A stretch of 64,000 bases of DNA from Acidimicrobiia bacterium (GTDB taxonomy: Bacteria; Actinomycetota; Acidimicrobiia; Spongiisociales; ZC4RG35), in assembly GCA_050329955.1 (NCBI GenBank), contig JBHJOH010000013.1, positions 988 to 64,987 of the forward strand, in the 5' to 3' direction. Position numbers and translations under genes: made by a program. The notes beneath the pieces are model-generated. The model was not told the DNA's origin. It saw only the letters and a program-made list of their open reading frames with translations, and searched no databases. Below, piece after piece: positions 28,901 through 37,598 of this stretch. Numbering within the stretch: the first letter of the stretch is position 1; the number at the start of each line of letters is the position of its first letter.

Positions 28901-31900
28901 CGTGGCCTGGGACGACTCGGCCGGGTCGCCGTCGAGTCGCAGCGCCTCCGTCACCACCCAGGTGGTGGAACCCAACCTCACCATCACCAAAGCCGACAAC
29001 GACGCCGACGGCGTGGTCGACCCCGGACAAACCGTCACCTACACGGTCACCGCCACCAACACCGCCGGTACCCGGGTCTCGGTTGCCAACGACCTCGAGA
29101 TCACAGACGTGGTCCCCGAGTCGTTGACTCCCGTCGAGCCGATCGCTGACGGCGGGACCTGGGATCTACCCAGCCGCACCATCACCTGGACCGTGGCCAG
29201 TCTCGCCCCCGGCTCTTCGACGGTGCGGACCTACCAGGCCACCGCCAGCGACCCGCTGGTTGGAGCGAGCCAACTCGTCAACACCGCGGCGGTGGAGGGC
29301 TCGTCGCTGGCGGGCACCGTCGCCGGCGAACGTGATGCCGGCTCCCCCCACGGAGGACCCGGGACGGGCTACCAGGCATCGGTCGACAACATGCTCATCG
29401 CTCCGACGATGCGGGTGACCAAGGCCGTCACTCCGGCGTCGGCCACGGTGGGCGAGGTCGCCACCTACACCCTCGACGTCACCATTCCCGCCGACGTCAT
29501 CCTCTACGACACCACCGTGCTCGATGACCTGCCTGCCGGCCTGGTCTACATCGACACCGTTTCGACGTCGTGTCTGCAGGGCGGCGGGGCCTGTTCGCCC
29601 GCCATCACGGTTGCCGATCTGGGAAGCAACGGCGATTTTGCGGCCTGGTTCCTCGGGGATCTGGCGACCGCGGCGGCACAGGACCGGGTGGTGACCATCG
29701 TCTACGAGGCTTACCTCGACGACGCAGTCGCTGTGGTCGACGGCGCCACGCTCACCAACACCGCCAATGTGTACGGCAATCAGACCAACCTCGTGGCCGG
29801 GACACCCGGGACGATTCCCGACGCCGGCGACTTCGATGTCGACGGCACCCCCGATGATGCCGACCTCGACGTGGTGGAGCCGACGCTCACCATCGACAAG
29901 GACGTTGTGGGCCAGGTCGGCGACTCCGACACCCGCCGGGCCGTGCCCGGTGAGACCCTCACCTACACCCTGGTGATCGCCAACACCGGTTCTGCGCCGG
30001 CCTACGACATCGAGGTGGTCGACACTCCTGACGCTCGTATGCAGCTCGGCGCGGTGAACGCCGGCACCGGATACACCGTGATCGACGGAAACCCGAGCGA
30101 CGGCACCCTGGAATGGTCGATCGACGGGCCGATCGCGCCGGCCGGCACGCTCACCATCACCTATGACCTGGTGGTCCCTGTCACCCTCGACGAGACCGAT
30201 GAGGTGGTGGGTCCCGAGATCACCGACACCGCCGACATCCCCTCGTACTGGGGGGTCCCGTCGGGTAGCCATGACCCGTCCCTTCCCTACCGCGAGTACG
30301 ACGACGTGACGCCCGACACCGTCACGATCGAGCTCGACCTCGCTTCGATCGGCAACCGGGTCTGGTTCGACGTCGACGGCGACGGCGTCCAGGACGTGGG
30401 CGAGCCGGACCTGGCCGGGGTCGATGTCACCGTCACCTATCTCGGGGCCGACAACACCTTCGGCACCGCCGACGACGAGGTGTTCACCGACACCACCGAC
30501 GCCTCGGGCCTGTACCTGATCGAGGACCTCCCCGGTGGGTTGTACCGGGTGGTGGTCGACGCCACCGACATCCCCGGGGGACTGGAACCCAGCTTCGATC
30601 TCGATGACGGTCTGGTCGGCCCAGACGGCATCTGGAACGGGACTCTGGGCCAGGACGAGGCCAAACGCGACGTCGACTTCGGCTACACCGGAACCAGCTC
30701 GATCGGAGACACGGTGTGGTTCGACCACGACGGCGACGGCACCGTCAACGGTCCCGAGGTGGGTATCGCAGACGTGACCGTCACGGTCACCTGGCTCGGG
30801 TTCGATGGCCTGCCGGGAGGCGGCGACGACATCGAATACCCGGCGACCACCAACGGATCCGGCTTGTACCTGGCCGACAACCTCCCTGCCGGTGAGTACA
30901 CCGTGACGGTCGATACCGACGATCTGCCGGTCGGGTTCACCCAGGTGTTCGACCCCGACTCGACTATGGATGATGCAACCGCCGTCACTCTGGGCGATGG
31001 CGAGGACCATGTCGATGCCGACTTCGGCTACCGCGGGACGGGCTCAATCGGGGACCTGGTGTGGCTCGACATCAACGGCGACGGCGACCGCGATGCCGGC
31101 GAGCCCGGCATCGAGGGCGTGTTCGTGGACGTGGTGTGGCACGGCCCCGACGGAAGCGCCGGTGGCGGTGACGATGTCACCTTCACGGTCGAGACCGACC
31201 TCGACGGCGACTATCTGGTCGACTTCCTCCCGGCCGGCTCCTATCAGGTGACCGTCACCGGCGGGCTGCCGGACGGTGTCACCAACAGCTACGACGAGGA
31301 CCTCGACGGAGACTCCACCACCCCGGTGACTCTCGGCAACGGCGAGGATCATCTCACCGCCGACTTCGGCTACTTCGGGACCACCTCGCTCGGTGACCGG
31401 GTGTGGTGGGACCTCGATGCTGACGGTGTCCAGGATGCGGGTGAACCCGGTCTGGCAGGGGTGGAGGTCACGGTGACCTTCGCCGGGGCCGACGACACCT
31501 TCGGGACCATCGACGACGAGGTGTTCGTGCGGGTCACCGACTCCGACGGCGACTATCTGGTGTCGGGATTGGCGGACGGTGACTATCGGGTCGAGGTGAC
31601 CGGCGGGATGGCGGCCGGGTTCGTCAACACCTACGACGAGGACGACGGCATCGTCTCGCCTGATGCGGCGACGCTCGTCTCGGGATTGATCGGTGCCGCC
31701 CACCTGACCGCCGACTTCGGGTACGTGGGATCGGGGTCGATCGGCGACCGGCTCTGGTTCGACGTCGACGGCGACGGCGTCGACGACGCCGGTGAGGCCG
31801 GACTGGCCGGTGTCACCGTGATCCTCACCTGGTTTGGTTCCGACGGGGTGGCCGGTGGTGGCGACGACATCGAGTTGATCACCGAGACCGACGCCACCGG

Positions 31901-33515
31901 CGGGTACCTCTTCGAGGGTCTGCCGGCCGGGACCTTCCTGGTGGCGGTCGATGCTTCGACCCTGCCCCCGGGTCTCACCAACTCCTACGACCTCGACGAC
32001 AACGGTGATGGTGCGGCGGAGGTGCCGCTCACCGATGGCCAGGATCGCACCGACGTGGACTTCGGCTACACCGGCACCGGTTCCATCGGCGACACCGTGT
32101 GGCTCGACCTCAACGCCGACCATGCCCTCACGCCGGGAGAGCCCGGCATACCCGGTGTCGGTGTGACCCTGACGTGGGCGGGCTTCGACGGTGTGCTGGG
32201 GACCGGCGACGACATCACCTATGAGGACACCACCAACGGGTCCGGCCGCTACCTCTTCGAGCTGCTCCCGGCCGGTCTCTTCGACGTGTCGCTCGATGGA
32301 CTTCCGGCAGGTGTCACCCAGACGGCCGACCCCGACGGTGGGGCGGATTCGAGATCCGAGCTCACCCTGGCCGCCGGCGGCGACGACCTCGAGCAGGACT
32401 TCGGCTACGTGGGGTCGGCCGCGGTCGGTGATCTGGTGTGGCTCGACTTCGACGACGATGGTGTCCAGGATGCCGGTGAGCCGGGCCTGCCCGGAGTGAC
32501 CGTCACCGTTACCTCGGCCGGCGTCGACGGTGTCATCGGGACCGCCGACGACATCACCATCAGCGTCGACACCGACGCCGATGGCGGCTATCACGTTTCC
32601 GGGCTTCCAGCGGGCGAGACAAGGGTCTCCTACGACCGCGACGACCTCCCGGCCGGGCTCAGCCCCTCGGGCGATGTCGACGGAGGGAGCCCTGTGAGCT
32701 CCACCGTGACTCTCGCCACCGACGAGGACCGGCGTGACGTCGACTACCCCGTCATCGGCACGGCCTCGCTGTCGGGCATCGTCTGGTTCGATCCCGACGG
32801 CGACGGCGTCAGGGAGAACGGTGAGGATCCGATCGCTGGTGCCACCGTGATCATCACCTGGGACGGGCCGGAAGGCCCCATCACCATCGAGGTCGTCACC
32901 GGCCCCGACGGTCGCTGGGCTCTCGACAACATCCCGGCCGGGGACTACACCGCCGTGCTCGACATCTCCACCGTACCCGCCGGGTTGGTGGCTTCGACCC
33001 CATTGTCGGTGTCGGTCACGGTGCCGATCGGCGGCGCCGGATTCGTCGAACACGGAGTCACCGAGCCCGCCTCGATCGGTTCGCTGGTGTGGATCGACCG
33101 TGATCGTGACGGAGTCCAGGACCCGGGTGAGCCCGGCATCCCCGGCGTGTGGGTGACCTTGTACGACGAGAACGGGGACGTGGTCGCTTCGATGGTCACC
33201 GACGCCAATGGAGCCTATCTGTTCGAGGGTCTGGTGCCCGGCACCTACACCGTGCGCATCGTCCCGGATTCGCTCCCCGAGGGTCTGGTCCAGGTCAGCG
33301 ATCCCGACGGCACCCTCGACCTCGAGACCACCGTGACCGTGGGCGGCGGCCAAACCATCCTCATCGCCAACTTCGGTCTCGACGAAGCCGATCCAAGGTT
33401 GCCGTTCACCGGGTTCGACCTGACCACGTATGTGGCGTTCGGACTGGCCGTCCTGCTGGCGGGCTTCGCCCTGCTCGCGTTCGGACGCCGGCGGGAAGGG
33501 CGACATTCGGAGTAG
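25956..33515 (+). CDS. Giant LPXTG-anchored cell-surface protein (DUF11-like repeat region plus 9 SdrD-B/Cna-B-like repeats)
   Basis: Signal peptide VKRKIVAAFAAFAVGVSLVSLFGVEPVSAGG (GTG 25956; alternative start 25935). DUF11-like segments (TYTLTVTN...IEDFLPPGLEF, TYTVTATNTAG...). Nine IGDxVWxDxDGDGxQDxGEPG...LPAGxYxV repeats. C-terminal sorting signal LPFTG (33399..33413) plus a TM segment plus RRREGR. Confidence 0.9.
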   Translation: MKRKIVAAFAAFAVGVSLVSLFGVEPVSAGGTPDITLQKSMPAETLYGDTTAVTLTASNATGTDGYNLSFNDVLPPGVTLASSSPTPSSSFTDGSGNLVLIWENVADLQAGTTYSVSYEFTAGSGTYDVGDTVANTAGAFVSADPRFVPDFDPATGAAIDDFDGWATDTATTELVPFMLEKSEPNAEAELLRGVHDHQTVYTLTVTNNLVGPTTAFEIEDFLPPGLEFLGCGTTDNTTSGEEYPGAGVINPGNAPTLTHPCPTPSTVETVTTDPDGAGPMPNDVYTRVVWTAADLTAALGSANLAASGTFSIDYVAAIPLRENVMFPGGTPTDGTQGSNLDNNTGSLTADEQSLENLATAEGTYSGTVYADSDTFVVSAEDVSIHKSVDTAEIEQTGVSTWTLLVETSEYATSTTDIVVTDTLPDGLCPVVPGTPCSGSAAAPSPAAASVTGNGDGTWTLVWNLADLPAPNSTSTVTFRSVAEAAYENGEPVAANDSWTNTVELTSTSDVITANDGSTTSLPIPDASSAGQSAGGITIQKSISEPVVGTLTCGDGSTVTWDPAQAGDFRPGDRVCWRLVMNFPGLLDTVDVAVTDFLPAGFEFESTTFGANHDAVGFAFDAGAALPTWTNPGVDIGGQTFEAIVSTVIADPEAAGDGDILANLMKVTYENTAGNVFQLRDQADATWIEPEPVLTKGVIEVDGAAVAGAPADGVEIQAGDVVTYRVSVANGGSLDADATSVRDVLPAGITCAEVSNIDNGGACSVGNNWIQWDGLTVAAAGSVNLTYDITYPTDIAPGEDFDNTAGVRSYRSDTNRSAPDNVFTYVPSSNIDPSLEVDANVGPIEDPSDVFVADASIAKVRSTSVTESGNTNGQATIGETITYTVTAVIPEGSTLHGGATVTDSISTRTTHTAGTATVTLNGAALPGGFTVSDLAGSITVTFPDPYVNLPDSGDDTLVIVFTATVDDEAANTRTSSSIPNSATVAWDDSAGSPSSRSASVTTQVVEPNLTITKADNDADGVVDPGQTVTYTVTATNTAGTRVSVANDLEITDVVPESLTPVEPIADGGTWDLPSRTITWTVASLAPGSSTVRTYQATASDPLVGASQLVNTAAVEGSSLAGTVAGERDAGSPHGGPGTGYQASVDNMLIAPTMRVTKAVTPASATVGEVATYTLDVTIPADVILYDTTVLDDLPAGLVYIDTVSTSCLQGGGACSPAITVADLGSNGDFAAWFLGDLATAAAQDRVVTIVYEAYLDDAVAVVDGATLTNTANVYGNQTNLVAGTPGTIPDAGDFDVDGTPDDADLDVVEPTLTIDKDVVGQVGDSDTRRAVPGETLTYTLVIANTGSAPAYDIEVVDTPDARMQLGAVNAGTGYTVIDGNPSDGTLEWSIDGPIAPAGTLTITYDLVVPVTLDETDEVVGPEITDTADIPSYWGVPSGSHDPSLPYREYDDVTPDTVTIELDLASIGNRVWFDVDGDGVQDVGEPDLAGVDVTVTYLGADNTFGTADDEVFTDTTDASGLYLIEDLPGGLYRVVVDATDIPGGLEPSFDLDDGLVGPDGIWNGTLGQDEAKRDVDFGYTGTSSIGDTVWFDHDGDGTVNGPEVGIADVTVTVTWLGFDGLPGGGDDIEYPATTNGSGLYLADNLPAGEYTVTVDTDDLPVGFTQVFDPDSTMDDATAVTLGDGEDHVDADFGYRGTGSIGDLVWLDINGDGDRDAGEPGIEGVFVDVVWHGPDGSAGGGDDVTFTVETDLDGDYLVDFLPAGSYQVTVTGGLPDGVTNSYDEDLDGDSTTPVTLGNGEDHLTADFGYFGTTSLGDRVWWDLDADGVQDAGEPGLAGVEVTVTFAGADDTFGTIDDEVFVRVTDSDGDYLVSGLADGDYRVEVTGGMAAGFVNTYDEDDGIVSPDAATLVSGLIGAAHLTADFGYVGSGSIGDRLWFDVDGDGVDDAGEAGLAGVTVILTWFGSDGVAGGGDDIELITETDATGGYLFEGLPAGTFLVAVDASTLPPGLTNSYDLDDNGDGAAEVPLTDGQDRTDVDFGYTGTGSIGDTVWLDLNADHALTPGEPGIPGVGVTLTWAGFDGVLGTGDDITYEDTTNGSGRYLFELLPAGLFDVSLDGLPAGVTQTADPDGGADSRSELTLAAGGDDLEQDFGYVGSAAVGDLVWLDFDDDGVQDAGEPGLPGVTVTVTSAGVDGVIGTADDITISVDTDADGGYHVSGLPAGETRVSYDRDDLPAGLSPSGDVDGGSPVSSTVTLATDEDRRDVDYPVIGTASLSGIVWFDPDGDGVRENGEDPIAGATVIITWDGPEGPITIEVVTGPDGRWALDNIPAGDYTAVLDISTVPAGLVASTPLSVSVTVPIGGAGFVEHGVTEPASIGSLVWIDRDRDGVQDPGEPGIPGVWVTLYDENGDVVASMVTDANGAYLFEGLVPGTYTVRIVPDSLPEGLVQVSDPDGTLDLETTVTVGGGQTILIANFGLDEADPRLPFTGFDLTTYVAFGLAVLLAGFALLAFGRRREGRHSE
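30348..33390 (+). repeat. Intragenic tandem array of 9 SdrD-B-like (~100-110 aa) repeats
   Basis: Repeat heads read from the translation: IGNRVWFDVDGDGVQD, IGDTVWFDHDGDGTVN, IGDLVWLDINGDGDRD, LGDRVWWDLDADGVQD, IGDRLWFDVDGDGVDD, IGDTVWLDLNADHALT, VGDLVWLDFDDDGVQD, LSGIVWFDPDGDGVRE, IGSLVWIDRDRDGVQD. Confidence 0.85.
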
Positions 33516-33552
33516 CCAGCGTGCGTCCGGCGTAGCCCGGTCTGCGCAAGGA

Positions 33553-33594
33553 CAAAGAGAAGCGGGGTGGCATTCGCCACCCCGCTTCTCTTTG
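33553..33594. terminator. Bidirectional intrinsic-terminator-like hairpin (perfect 19-bp stem, 4-nt loop)
   Basis: caaagagaagcggggtggc-attc-gccaccccgcttctctttg, read directly. It lies between the convergent stops at 33515 (+) and 33611 (-). Confidence 0.8.
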
Positions 33595-33610
33595 CTGCTG
33601 AGACGCGCGA

Positions 33611-34591
33611 TCAGCGCAGGTTCGGAATCACTTCCTTGCCGAGCAGTTCGATCGTCTCGAACCAGCGGTCGTAACTCAGCCGGGTGTCGAACACGAGGTG
33701 GTCGACACCGACATCGGCGAACTTGAGCGTCTGGGGGATCACCTGGTCGGGGGTCCCGGCGATCAGCGAACCCTCGATGTCGGCGGCGGTCTCGAATACT
33801 CCCGATTCGGGCTTGACCCACCACTTACCGCGATCGTTGGCCCACTTGAGCAGGCCTTCGAGGCTGGTACCGGCCCAGGCCTCATCCTCGGTGAGGGCGA
33901 TGGTGGTGGGCGGCACCACACCTACCGTCGGCATCGGCCGACCGTTCTCGGCAACGATGCCCTTCATGGCCGCGACCCGCCTCTCGATGGTCTTGAGCGT
34001 GATCCGCCCCGGCATCCAACCGTCGCAGTACTCCGCCGCCCGGCGGGCCGACGCAGGAGTGGCGCCGCCGTACCAGAAGGGGATCTTGCCGGTCGGCTTC
34101 GGGTACAGGTTCACGTCGGTGAACGAGTAGTGGTCGTCTTGGTAGTCGGCGTGATCGTTGTTCCACACCAGCTCGGAGATGCGGGCGTTGGACTCGACCA
34201 GGTCGGGTCGGAAGATCCCGCTCATGCCGACGGCGTCGAACTCGTGGTCGAAGGTGCCCGCACCCCAACCGGCGATGACGCGCGGCCCGAACATGTGCGT
34301 CATCGAGGCCAACGTGAACGCCGTCACCAGCGGATGCCGGTAGGGGATCAGCGTGGCGGTGCCGAGCGTGATGCTCTCGGTGACCGCCCCGACGGCGGTG
34401 AGCACTGTGAGCGGCTCGAAGAAGTCCTTCGCCGCCGACTCGAACTCGCCGTGCGGCTCGAAGAGCAGGTGATCGCGAACCCACAACGAGTCGAATCCGA
34501 GCTCCTCTGCCTGCCGGGCGCCTTTGAGGATCAAGTCCCGATCGGCGAACTCTCCGAAGTGCGGGAGAAGTAGTCCGAATTTCATTGCCAT
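33611..34591 (-). CDS. LLM-class (luciferase-like) flavin/F420-dependent oxidoreductase
   Basis: MAMKFGLLLPHFGEFADRDLILKGARQAEELGFDSLWVRDHLLFEPHG... Start trimmed from 34774 to ATG 34591, which has GGAAGG upstream. Confidence 0.85.
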   Translation of the reverse strand: MAMKFGLLLPHFGEFADRDLILKGARQAEELGFDSLWVRDHLLFEPHGEFESAAKDFFEPLTVLTAVGAVTESITLGTATLIPYRHPLVTAFTLASMTHMFGPRVIAGWGAGTFDHEFDAVGMSGIFRPDLVESNARISELVWNNDHADYQDDHYSFTDVNLYPKPTGKIPFWYGGATPASARRAAEYCDGWMPGRITLKTIERRVAAMKGIVAENGRPMPTVGVVPPTTIALTEDEAWAGTSLEGLLKWANDRGKWWVKPESGVFETAADIEGSLIAGTPDQVIPQTLKFADVGVDHLVFDTRLSYDRWFETIELLGKEVIPNLR

Positions 34592-34596
34592 GGGTT

Positions 34597-35970
34597 TCAA
34601 CCTTCCATTGTTGGGATCGCCAACTTGCCGTGACCGGGCTGTCCGGTCACCTCTCCGTCCACCCACACGTCGGTGCCACGCACCAGGGTGCGGACGACTG
34701 CGCCTTTGATGGTGCGACCGTGATACGGCGTCCAGCCGATCTTCGAGAGCACCGATTCGTTGGTGATCTCCCACTCGCGGTCCACGTCGAGCAACGCGAT
34801 GTCGGCGTCACAGCCCACTGCGATGCGGCCCTTCTGCTCGAGCCCGAATACGTCGGCGGGAGCGGTGGAGACCAGGTCCACCATCCGGTCGAAGGTGATG
34901 TGGCCGTTGTGGACCGCATCGATCATCAGGGGCAGCTGATACTGGATGCCGGGGGTGCCGGTGTGGGCGGCCCAGGCGTCGGTCCAGCCCAGTTCCTTCT
35001 CCTCCCGGGTGTGGGGGGCGTGGTCGGAGGCGATCATCTCGACCGCACCCGACTGCAGTGCTTCCCACAGAGCCTCGCGGTGGTGGTCGGGGACGTAGTA
35101 GGACAGCACATAGGAGCCCTGCTCCTCGATGTCGGACATCCGGCCGAGGAACAGCGCCCAGTGGTTGACCTCGCCGCTGACGTCGATGCCGCGCTCCCTT
35201 GCTTGGAGCAGCATCTCGATCTGGCGGATGGTCTGGACGTGAACGATGTGCAGCGGGCAGCCGGTTGCCTCCGACATCCTGATGAGGGTGGCGGTGGCGG
35301 TGTCCCAGATGATGCCCTCGTCCATCGCCAGCGTCTCGCCGTAGGCACGAGGTGAGCGGTCTCCCTTGGCCCAGTACGACTGCTCCACCACGTCCATGAG
35401 CGACTGGTCGTGGGGGTGGACCATGAGCCGCTTGCCGGTGGGGGCGATCGCCTTCATCAGCTTGTAGAGGTCCCCGTGATCGTGCACCCCGATCGCCGAT
35501 GGGTGCGGATAGGAGCGACCGGTGTCCACCACCATGTAGATCTTGTAGGCGGCGATGCCACGCTCGGCCATCGGCACGATCTCGTCGACGAGCTTGGCCG
35601 CCGGGTTGTGGTTGTAGTCGATGATGCTCTTGGTGGCGTAGAGCTCCATGACCTCGTCGAGCGACTCCGCCGTCATCGTGGGCGGATCGAGGTTGGGCAT
35701 GCCGAAGATGGTGGTGTAGCCACCGGCCGCCGCCGCCCGGGTGCAGGTGATGAGGTCCTCTTTGTGGGTGTAGCCGGGATCGCGGGTGTGGACGTGGGGG
35801 TCGACACCGCCGGGGATCGCCACCAGACCGGAGGCGTCGATGACCTCGGCATCCGAGGGGCCGGTTCCCCGGGCGACCAGCCCGGCGATGGTCTCGCCTT
35901 CGATGACGATGTCGAGGGGGCGCAGGTCTCCTTCGGAGAAGACGTCGGCGCCTGTGATCACTCGCTTCAT
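34597..35970 (-). CDS. Cyclic amidohydrolase (dihydroorotase / hydantoinase / allantoinase family)
   Basis: AIPGGVDPHVHTRDPG (HxH metal site), AAYKIYM (candidate carboxylated Lys), IASDHAPH, AVGCDADIALLD. Trimmed from track ORF 34597..36789. AAGGAGA Shine-Dalgarno sequence before ATG 35970. Confidence 0.85.
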   Translation of the reverse strand: MKRVITGADVFSEGDLRPLDIVIEGETIAGLVARGTGPSDAEVIDASGLVAIPGGVDPHVHTRDPGYTHKEDLITCTRAAAAGGYTTIFGMPNLDPPTMTAESLDEVMELYATKSIIDYNHNPAAKLVDEIVPMAERGIAAYKIYMVVDTGRSYPHPSAIGVHDHGDLYKLMKAIAPTGKRLMVHPHDQSLMDVVEQSYWAKGDRSPRAYGETLAMDEGIIWDTATATLIRMSEATGCPLHIVHVQTIRQIEMLLQARERGIDVSGEVNHWALFLGRMSDIEEQGSYVLSYYVPDHHREALWEALQSGAVEMIASDHAPHTREEKELGWTDAWAAHTGTPGIQYQLPLMIDAVHNGHITFDRMVDLVSTAPADVFGLEQKGRIAVGCDADIALLDVDREWEITNESVLSKIGWTPYHGRTIKGAVVRTLVRGTDVWVDGEVTGQPGHGKLAIPTMEG

Positions 35971-36896
35971 GGTGTCTCCTTCAGCACTTCGATGCCGGAT
36001 GGGGTGATCGCTTCGACCGATCCGGTCGAGAGGTATGTCTTGAACCAGTCGACGATGGTCGGACGAACGGCTTCGCCGTGTTGCTCGTATGCGGCGTAGT
36101 GGGTGGTCATCCGCTGCATGATGAGCTTCTTGGGCTCGGGTGCGGCCTCGTAGAGGGCGAACGAGTGGTCGGTGGGTGTGGTGGCGTCCTCCTCTACTCC
36201 GATCAACAGCAGGTTGCGGGCACGGTGGGCGACGTCGATCGGTTTGTAGGCGATGATCTCGTCGGCGGCGGCAAGCGGAACCGAGTCGGGGACCCGGCCG
36301 TCGACGTCCTTCTTCAGGTTCGTGGTCTTGCGCTCGGGAGTGGGCACCATGATCTCTTCCCGGGGATGCACCATCTCTCCGGTCCCGCCGCTGACCCGCT
36401 TCTTGCGGTCGACGTCGAGGCGGGCGAGGAACTCGTACCACTCGTACTCCCGCCGCATCCGGCGCAACCAGTCTTCGCCGTCGGACACGGGGTTCTGGCT
36501 GACGGCGCATTTGATGCGCTTGTCGAGGGCGGCGAGCAGGACGGCGTTGCCGCCGCCGGTGCCGCCCGAGCCGAACACCCCGAGGCGGTGCGACATGATG
36601 TCGTCCCTGGTCTCCAGATAGGTGACGGCGTTGATGAGGTCCTCGAGCTGGATCTTCGGAGACAGGGTGTTGCGGTCCCCGTCGGAGTCCCCGAAGCCGC
36701 GGTAGTCGAAGACGAGCAGGGCGAACCCGGCGTCGGTGAGCGCCTGGTGATAGGGGACGTAGAACTTGGCGTCCTTGAGGCCCAACCATCCGGGGCCCTG
36801 CACGATCCCGGGCCAGGGGCCTTCGGTATCCGGCAGGCGCATCAGCCCCGCCACCCGTGTTCCTTCCGAGAAGAACTCGACCTGAATCTCTCTCAT
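35967..36896 (-). CDS. Alpha/beta-hydrolase-fold protein
   Basis: LLVFDYRGFGDSDG and the nucleophile elbow GVFGSGGTGGGNA. ATGA overlap with the downstream amidohydrolase. Confidence 0.8.
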   Translation of the reverse strand: MREIQVEFFSEGTRVAGLMRLPDTEGPWPGIVQGPGWLGLKDAKFYVPYHQALTDAGFALLVFDYRGFGDSDGDRNTLSPKIQLEDLINAVTYLETRDDIMSHRLGVFGSGGTGGGNAVLLAALDKRIKCAVSQNPVSDGEDWLRRMRREYEWYEFLARLDVDRKKRVSGGTGEMVHPREEIMVPTPERKTTNLKKDVDGRVPDSVPLAAADEIIAYKPIDVAHRARNLLLIGVEEDATTPTDHSFALYEAAPEPKKLIMQRMTTHYAAYEQHGEAVRPTIVDWFKTYLSTGSVEAITPSGIEVLKETP

Positions 36897-37197
36897 GGCA
36901 ACTTCACCGGCACCTCCCGTTGGGTATCAGGTGCAGCCGCCTCCGGTGGTCGACCCGAGCCCCGGCTGCGAGGTGCCGCCGGCCGCGTCGGGGGTCCGAC
37001 GCCTTCGCTTGGCGGCCTCGCCTGCACACCTGGCAGAAGCATAGACCCATAGGAATAACGTTGTCGGTATACAGTGCTACAGAAAGTTGTCGATTTGTGG
37101 TGAGCGGAGGGGTGTTGGTCTCTAGCGTCCCCCGCACGTCCCCAGCGAAGTAACCCTCTACTACGGGAAGGACATCAAATGAGGATTCCGAAATCCT

Positions 37198-37287
37198 GTG
37201 ACATTGCTTGTTGTGTTGGGCTTGTTGGCGGCGGCGTGTGGCTCGGGTGAGGCCGAGACCGATACCACTGCCGAGGGTTCGTCCTAG
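37198..37287 (+). pseudogene. Isolated lipoprotein signal peptide (lipobox LAAAC) ending in a stop after 29 codons; a remnant of a truncated lipoprotein gene
   Basis: My translation from GTG 37198: VTLLVVLGLLAAACGSGEAETDTTAEGSS*. This is not the frame listed in the ORF track. Confidence 0.35.
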
Positions 37288-37289
37288 GG

Positions 37290-37598
37290 ACATCCAACTT
37301 CGTTGCGACGATCGACGAAGCGATGCTCGATCGCATGGACTTGGCTGTAGAGATTCAACCCCCGCCAGTGCCGGAGATCGAGTCGATCCTACGGGACACC
37401 ATGGCGGAGCTCCCTGCAGCCGGGATCAGCGAGGCGGAGTACCGGGACCTCGCTGGCACGCTCCTGGGCCGCTCCGGGCGCGACATCCGCAAGCTCGTGC
37501 TCGAAGCGATCGTCACCCGTGAAGGGCCCATCGATAGTGAGCTGACTGCCGCTCATGTCGAACGGGCACTCGCGAGGGGCAGGTTCGGACATGGATGA
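37290..37598 (+). pseudogene. C-terminal fragment of an AAA+ ATPase (sensor-2/lid region) with no Walker-motif-bearing N-terminus
   Basis: In-frame read TSNFVATIDEAMLDRMDLAVEIQPPPVPEIESILRDT...GRSGRDIRKLVLEAI...AHVERAL. The frame opens only at 37251, directly behind the lipoprotein remnant. Confidence 0.5.

Noticed and set aside
30348-33390. Periodic DNA repeats considered as a possible CRISPR array or satellite
   Set aside because: The periodicity is ~300+ bp, lies in frame within a coding sequence, and corresponds to protein-domain repeats. There are no short identical direct repeats with unique spacers and no cas genes.
25152-33824. Very long minus-strand ORFs (25152..29030, 1292 aa; 29166..31010, 614 aa; 31044..33824, 926 aa) opposite the giant surface-protein gene
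   Set aside because: Their G/R/V/D/H-rich low-complexity translations have no motifs. They are antisense to a gene with clear domain repeats, a signal peptide and an LPXTG motif. These are typical high-GC shadow ORFs.
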